Below are positions 56,301 to 64,000 of a stretch of 64,000 nt of DNA, in pieces. This DNA is from Tubulanus polymorphus (Eukaryota; Animalia; Nemertea). The translations under genes and the position numbers were made by a program. The DNA lies in NCBI RefSeq assembly GCF_964204645.1, contig NC_134025.1:28810299-28874298 (forward strand), written 5' to 3'. Position 1 is the first letter of the stretch; each line of letters begins with the position of its first letter. The notes below the pieces were generated by a model. The model was not told the origin of the DNA. It saw nothing but the letters and a program-made list of their open reading frames with translations, and searched no databases.

Positions 56301-59300
56301 GATATCGGATTACAGGATTACATCAAGTACGATACTGTTTGTTTAACAATACGTGGACAGGAGATCCTCCAACCTGTGAAGGTAATTTCTTTTACGTTCT
56401 GAAACGAAGATACGAGATATTTATTGCGTAAAAAGATTTTGAAGCAAAATCTTGGTATATCCATTATTTGTTAGTAACTGTTCGCATTTTTCAAGACAAA
56501 AATTATTGATAATCAATTCGTTAATCTGTCATACTGCTGTTCGGGTAGGTATGATCTGTGGATACCCAGATAGAGGGCAGGGTACGATAATGACAGTGAA
56601 CGGAAGAAATTACTGGAATGAAGTCACGTACAAATGTAAACAAGGCTTCAGACATTTATCAGGTGATCTGAAAAGATTTTGTTCCATTAATGAAAAATGG
56701 ACGGGGACACCGCCATTATGCGTAGGTTTGTATTAACGTTTTATCGAGAACAACCTGTGATCAGAATTAAAATGTGTTTTTTGATTCCCAGATTATCAAT
56801 TATTTCAGCTGCTAATTGCGGTGAACCGGATTTTGTCCCATTTACATTTATGCAGAGAACGGGCATACATTATAAGGATGTAGCCATATATACATGTAAA
56901 CCAAATTATAGACCTGTAGCGGGTTCATTTACGCGTATCTGTACCGCTAACAACACTTGGTCAGGCACAGCGCCCATCTGTGAATGTAAGTTTTCTACTC
57001 CGAATTCATTTTCTTCCCAAAAATACATATTTTTCCAAACGATGAAGTTTTTTTCCGAAATTTCAGTGGCTGGTTGCAGAGAACCTGTAAAAGGTGCACA
57101 CACAATAACTAATACAACAGGAGATTTACACTGGGATCAAATAACGGCGACCTGTCTAACGGGGTATAGACGGGTGTCCGGAGATTACGTGCGATTTTGT
57201 AATGCGAATAATACGTGGACTGGTTCACCTTTAGTATGTGAAGGTATAGATGTTTTCCTTCGATTATTCATAACAATAAACAAAAATTTGAAGGTTATTC
57301 ATTTTTTAAAAATTATCAATACAATGACTGACAAGTCAAAATTCACGGTTTTTCGCCTTCCATATTTGATAGAAAGATAACATCACTATTTTCGAAACCC
57401 TGCAAAATGTTTTACACTGATGCAGTTTTTACCTTCTCGCCATGTCATAGATGCCGGTTGTAGGTCTATACCATCGCCCCCTAGTGGTGCAGTGATACAC
57501 TCGTCAACTGGTAATAAAACAGGCGATGTGATAATATATAAATGTCTGGATAATTACGACTTGACTGCGGGTAACTTGATGAGAATATGTCTTCCAAATA
57601 ACACGTGGTCTGGATCTGCACCAAACTGTAAAAGTAAGTAATACCAAAAATCTATAAAGACGACGCTGTTTATGTATTTTTGGTCATATATATTATTACA
57701 ATACATGTATAAGATGAGAAATCCGTGATGAAGCCAATGAATGGTATTATGTTTTAGATTCCCTGTGTTACTATCCCGGTCCAGTAGCGAATGCACAGAC
57801 GAGTATTTCAGGGACTCGTGTATGGGATACTATAACGTATTTTTGTTTTCCGGGGTTTACCATGATTTCCGGAGATAGAATAAGGTATTGCGGAAAAGAT
57901 AACAAATGGACGGGTTATCGGCCTATCTGCTCAGGTGAGTATCAATTGTTTCCTGGCTCGAGATGTCAAATATCTTATAAGATATTTGACATCTCGAGCA
58001 CAGAAAACAATTGATAAATACTTATTATCGCTAAGAGACAAGAATGCAGCGATTTCCGTGTCTTTCAGATAGACGATGTGATCAGCCTGTTACACCGGTA
58101 TACGGGGTATATTTCTCCACTGGACGCTATCCTAAAGATGTTACCGTATATTCGTGTTTACCCGGCTACCGTATTGAATCCGGAGATACCACACGAATCT
58201 GTGATAATAACAAAACGTGGTCCGGTGCGCAACCAATCTGTCAACGTACGTTGCATTACAAAAGAAATATCTAAAAAATGTGTTCGATTCTTTCCGTCGA
58301 ATTCCTAATGAAACAATCTTGTTAAATTTCTGTTTTATCAGCTACTAATTGTGGACGGCCTTCCAACATCATCAACGCTAAAATCATGAATATAGACGAT
58401 AGGTACTGGTCTAATGTCACGTATCAGTGTAAACCTGGTTATACATTGAGCTCAGGAGATCTGGTCAGATATTGCAATAGAGACAGACAGTGGACTGGTC
58501 GACCTCCAATATGCAAAGGTTTTTAAATAAGGATATGAATACATCAATGATACAGAATGTGATATTTAATAACCCACAGTCATATCACGTAGAATATGTT
58601 GTTTTCAAGATACCTCATGCGGTTTACCGGAATCTGGTGGTTACAGCCAGGTGAATTCAACTGGTGAATGGTTGTCGGATATCGCAACGTATAACTGTAT
58701 TCCTGGATACAGGAAACTATCCGGAGAAACAGTTAGAGTATGTCTACCCAATCAAACCTGGTCAGGACAACCGCTAAAATGTCAAGGTATTCGTGATTGT
58801 TATTCTAATTGTTCCTGTGTTTCACGTAGTTTTTGAAATCCAAATACATTTTTGTATACAATGTGATTCTGATATTCTCGTTTCAAAAGCTTGTTTCTTT
58901 AATTACTAATGATGTATTTTTTCATAGGTAACAGTTACTAACTAACTATAAGCGCATGCGCGGCGGTTTATAGCATTATAGCGATTAGAATATATGCATT
59001 TTTAGCGAAAATAGTTTTGTTTTTTCTTTACTCTCAAATTTTCGTGTTCGATTGGCTAATTTGTGTTTGTAGTGATCCATTGCCAAAAACTCAACCAAAT
59101 ACCCAATGGAAAAGTCGAACATACCGGAACTGCGTATTGGAGCATTGCTAAATACTCCTGCGATTATGGGTACGCAATAATTGGTGACGTCGTCAGATAC
59201 TGCGCTGAACAAGGTGCATGGACCGGTACTGAACCCTCCTGTCACGGTGGGTTTCATTCTAAATTATATCCTAACAAAACACAAACCGAATGACAATAAA

Positions 59301-62300
59301 CAACATCAGTATCACTCACACATTATAAAACAATCCAACAACATATAAATCTAAAAAGTATTCAGAAAAAATATTTCCACATAAATTGTAGAATAGAAAT
59401 ACTTGGAATGCGGGTTATAAAAGTTCAATACCTGTATAGATTCCAGATGCCCTACGACAGATATCGTAGTTAAACACGCGTCTTATCAACTGCGAGGAAA
59501 CGTCATCGGTGATGTGGTCAGATACACGTGTAACGATCAACATCAACTAATCAGTGGTGATTTAACCAGAGTATGTCTGGAAACTAGAAATTGGTCGGGA
59601 AGTCCTCCTATCTGTCAAGGTTTGTAATGATGAAATATTCAACATAAACAATTCAGAATCCCGTAGCGGAAACGCCTGAGGGTTCCGTATCGCGTTACTT
59701 TATCTGCTCCTTATTTCGTTGAGTCCACAAATTATAAGGTTCCTACTGGATGGCCAGGAAACCTTATGACAGAAAAACAGATTGATGAAATACTCTGTCC
59801 ATGTTGTAATGATAATATAAAATGCCTCCCTAAGAAAAACTACAAAGAGTCAGAAAAGTTTCACTAGTATTTAACTATAAGGATTAAGTTGAAACGCATT
59901 TCTGGCTCTTTTATTAAGTTGCGTGCGGCATTTTTACGATATTCAAATGATTGCATTTACAGATACGAACTGCGGTAAATTACCTGATGTGAAACACGCG
60001 AAATTTGTACAAACGGGACATTATTCAGGAGACTACGTGAAATACGAGTGTAAACCCGGTTATCGTCTGGTCTCGGGGGATGTTTTCAGGTTCTGTTTCA
60101 GTAATCGAACTTGGTCCGGTTCCAGTCCAGTGTGTAAAGGTTTGTACGTGAAGTTAGATAATTCAGGGATTGGGGATTATTACTAGGCGCGGATTCAGGA
60201 GGCCTTGTATTAGAAGACCCTCAAATGTATCGAGTTGGCCTCATCTGAATGAACTCTTACCTTTTAACTGCTTTATCATATGCAATCAAATAAACTACTT
60301 TTGCCTAATCGATAGGATCAGGCAAAGTTTTCTACTTGGAAAATGGTGTAAAATTCATCTAACCCATTCATGTGCCCTCAAAATGTGTCACAAGACCTCC
60401 GAAAGTAGGATTCGCCTCTGATTAATCATGATGCAATGATGATATCTACAGATATGTCGTGTCCTAAACCCGAACCGCTTGATCACGGTACAGTATCGTT
60501 TAATGGCACTCAGTACTGGGATTCAGTTGTTTACACATGTGATGTCTCATATCGAATCGTCAACGGTGATAGTCAACGATTTTGTTCCGGCGATAATAAT
60601 TGGACCGGCAAGAAACCAACGTGCCGGGGTACGTTGCCGCCTACGTGTTAGCCGCTTATTCGTCGTAAAACTTATTTCCTTATTTTCCAATGATTTTGTT
60701 TTTCTTTAACGCCTTATTTGGAACCTCTGTAATTGTAACTCGGTTGGTTATTTCTTTCGCTTTTCACAATTCTGATTATTTTACTTCAATGTTACCAGCG
60801 CTCACTTGCCCGATTCTTGAAATCCCTCAATCTATTAAAATCATCACAATGGAGCGATATCTAAATGGATCGGCGATATTTGAATGTGAGACGGGTTTCC
60901 GGTATGTTAGGGGTGATTTTATTCGGAGATGCGATGAAAGTGAAATGTGGACTGGTCAACCGTTGATCTGTGACAGTAAGCTTCAACAGCCCCGAAAAAA
61001 TCACTAAGTGAAACTTCAATTCCTCGATCACGCACATCTATCGCTTTTGTGGCAAAATGCAGTGATATGTACCTAGCAAACACTTTCAATATGTTTTTCT
61101 TTAAGGAAGCTTTCGTTTTTTTTCGATTTACTTTAATACATTACCTGCATGTCATATGCTTTGTCTGCATTCAGTTATAGAAATACCACCAAATTGACTA
61201 GAGAATCTTAAAATTGTCACCATGTTTATGTTTATTTCAGCGATCCATTGTCCTAGAGCAGATACAGTAGAGAATGCCAACCATCTGTTTACTGGTGATC
61301 GGCCAAAAGACACCGTTCATTACAAATGTAAACCAGGTTTCATAATGGATGGAGACGCGAATAGAACTTGTCAAATGAACGGTTCATGGACCGGTCTCCC
61401 TCCTAAATGTTTAAGTGAGTTTACGATTATCTATAATTTCAATTACGTATGGATTTCCATTTGCAAATGATGCCGATTTATTGCATTTCGTTCGCAGGAA
61501 CATTTTGTGGTTTTCCTGGATGTGTGAGGTTTGCGGATATATCTGCTGAAGGATTCAAATACGGCGACCGAGTGAATTATACATGCGAGAAAAACTATCA
61601 ACTAATTGGTGGAAGTGGAGAAAGGGTTTGTCAAGAAAACGGCACGTGGTCAGGATTTCTACCTAGCTGTATAAGTAAGCGAGGAATCTATATTGGTTAT
61701 ACTATTTCCAAGCGATGAAAAACCCAACGATACATAAGAAAACAAGTCCGAATAATTTCCTTGCGCTTATATTTCATTCGTCCTTTCGATATCGGGATAT
61801 AGTTGAAACGTCGAATAGAAGATTAACTCAAGGAAAGTTCAGTTTTCAGACTCGTTTTTCTTGTGTAATGTTGGATTTTTATTGCTTAATCGTTACTACA
61901 CGGACGGAGTGTTTCAACGAGATGTGTCCATTTAATTCTGTAGCTACCTCAGTTTCTTCTCATTGATTTGTAGGGACTGTAACAATGGCTCCTATCGTCG
62001 AAATCAAGAAACCATCGAAAAGTAAACCGATCGTTCAGCCCAAAGAGGCCCCGAAGGCGAATGCGATCGGTTCGGTTATAATGATAATCATGATTTGTGT
62101 CGTCGTATTTTTCTTTCTGATCGATATCGGTACTTACTATCAGAACTTCAAATACATGAAGAACAGTTTTAAAATGTATTACAAATACCGACAACGCCTG
62201 AAGATGAGGAAAAGAAATGCTGAAGTGATTCCGAAGTTTACGAGTTTGAGTCAGTTAGCTCCGGCGTATCAACTTCACAAACGACATTTCGACAAAACAC

Positions 62301-62467
62301 AGCAAACTACGAATTTAGAAAACAGTGACGAGGTTGAGGAAGGAACATTTGACAGTATGACTAGTTGTAATAATCTACCAAAAACAAAATACGCGACTCG
62401 CATTGTAACGGCGAGACCTCCGCCTCGAATGAACTTCACTGGAACTGAGAAATTAAGCGTTTTATGA
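50377..62467 (+). CDS. Sushi/CCP-repeat type I membrane protein (about 23 sushi domains; CR1/CSMD/SVEP1-like repeats)
   Basis: Signal-peptide exon (50377-50427), a small Cys-rich exon (52517-52619), then about 23 phase-1 exons of roughly 175 nt each encoding C..P...Y.C..GY...G...R.C....W.G..P.C, and a last exon with TM (IGSVIMIIMICVVVFFFLI) and cytoplasmic tail. Confidence 0.9.
57940..58016. repeat. Near-perfect palindrome with a loopless 44-bp core
   Basis: GCTCGAGATGTCAAATATCTTA|TAAGATATTTGACATCTCGAGC (57956-57999), extended by TATCAATTGTTT / AAACAATTGATA. Confidence 0.92.
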
Positions 62468-63095
62468 CCTCAGTATTGATTGGAGTGTACACAACGTACT
62501 CGACCTATCTTTATATGTTGCTATAGGCTATAAATTGTCACATCCCACCTGACGTAAAAATCTTTTTCATATATGCATGTATTTGTATTTACATAGACGC
62601 TGCACTTTTTTCAGTTGGCCATAGAAAAACATCGTTTAGAAACTTGATACACTTCCTTCGTTTTTTTTTTATACACAAATTGACAATTTCCCAGTCGAAT
62701 TAGTGCAAAAAGCTGCATGTATTCAAATAAATGACAACCAATTTTACATTTTGAAACGTATATTGGCTTCAGTTTTTTCATGTTTATACGTATAGTAAAT
62801 CATCAGGACGAAGACTGAATGGAATCAGACACGCGGCCAGGAAAGTGAGATTATCGAATCCTTTGAAATACAAAGCACGAGTCAGATGATCATTTCGATA
62901 TACAGTACGTGATAAATCGATATATTTTTGAATAATGTACATGTATATTAAAGAGTTGACATTTACGAATCCAGTTCTACCAATGGAATCGATAACGACT
63001 CTGCGCTGGTCCTGTGGTATATACATACCAACCAGTACCAAATAATAGAAGTCCTACAATTCGAATTTATTACGATGAAATTTATCAAAAGGTGA

Positions 63096-63137
63096 CCACA
63101 ACGTTTCGGCTGTTGACTTACAGCCATCATCAGGTGG
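63096..63137 (-). ncRNA. Minimal type I hammerhead ribozyme motif (Penelope-like element type)
   Basis: Minus strand reads CCAC-CUGAUGA-U-GGCUGU-AAGUCA-ACAGCC-GAA-ACGU-U-GUGG: stem I CCAC/GUGG, intact core boxes, 6-bp stem II and palindromic ACGU at helix III. Confidence 0.7.
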
Positions 63138-63316
63138 AATGACGATGAAGGCAGATAGTCATATTTCATCGTGTTATATTCGAATTGTGCGACTTCTATT
63201 ATCGACAGCATACACGGAATAGAGCGATTATTACCAAGTCATCGCTTACCATCGATCGTTTGAAATACGATGGTACATTTTCTATTTGATATACGGTAAT
63301 TCTATACGAACATTTT

Positions 63317-63585
63317 CAGGGGCGGATCCAAACAGGAGCAGATAAAGCACGTGCTCCTGTCGTCATTTTCCCGCGCCCTGTTGAAAATAAATTTCTTTCC
63401 ACCCGTAACTAATAAGACAGTCGTCTGCAGCACAAGATTTAGCTTATATTCTCTTAAACATCCTTCAAGTATCTAAACATTGTATGAAAATGCATTGAAA
63501 CTTTCCAGACCCTTGTTTTGGCTGCTAATATACTTTTACAGTACTATACCCTTTTCATTTCTTTGTGCTCCTGTTAAAGTCTGGC
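63317..63585. mobile_element. Degenerate MITE-like element
   Basis: Starts CAGGGGCGGATCCA followed by AACAGGAGCA, whose reverse complement TGCTCCTGT recurs at ~63352 and ~63566. A similar decayed element lies at ~60184-60420. Confidence 0.35.
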
Positions 63586-64000
63586 CTTATATTCTATACG
63601 CAAACAAGTTATTTCCACTGTTTTCGATTTTCAAATCATTCAGTAAAGCTAGATGAAACAGCTACACTGTAACTACATATAATGAATATATTACAATTAT
63701 AACGTTACATACACGTTTCACAATCATATACATAATGATACATTAGTATATGAATATATACAGTCTTTAGTGTACATAGTGTGTACATGTATATCGTATT
63801 TACACGGGCAAAAGTTAAACTACGTATACTTAAACAATTTATCACTAAAATTTAAGCACATTGCGATGATAACAATAATGAAATATGAATCATTGCAGAT
63901 AAAAAGGAGTAGCATCGTTTTTTTTACAATCTTTCTGTGAATCAATATAGATCTCTTTTATCTCTTTTATCATTCCTATGAAACAATGCACCCGCTGAAA

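Noticed and set aside
62784-63211. Minus-strand ORFs near the hammerhead as a retroelement protein
   Set aside because: Short, with no RT or GIY-YIG motifs.

Overview
AT-rich, intron-rich genomic DNA from an invertebrate animal, plausibly a lophotrochozoan; the organism cannot be fixed from sequence alone. Left to right: (1) a ~21-kb ninein/ninein-like gene whose introns hide several in-frame alternative first exons, one a 634-codon exon with a 51-bp minisatellite and one preceded by an RFX X-box-like motif, plus an alternative Cys-rich last exon; (2) two tandem short-chain dehydrogenase (SDR) paralogues; (3) between them an apparently intact autonomous PIF/Harbinger transposon (29-bp perfect TIRs, TTA TSD, Myb/SANT gene plus DDE transposase) that sits inside a small hairpin element and carries three nested non-autonomous elements; (4) WDR77 and RWDD1 head-to-head, then CCDC174; (5) an unusual cadherin with four Cys-containing N-terminal modules; (6) a type I membrane protein with about 23 sushi/CCP domains; (7) a minimal Penelope-type hammerhead ribozyme near the right end, with several decayed look-alikes elsewhere. 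All gene models were assembled by eye from splice sites and reading phase. No database searches were run, so family calls rest on recalled motifs.
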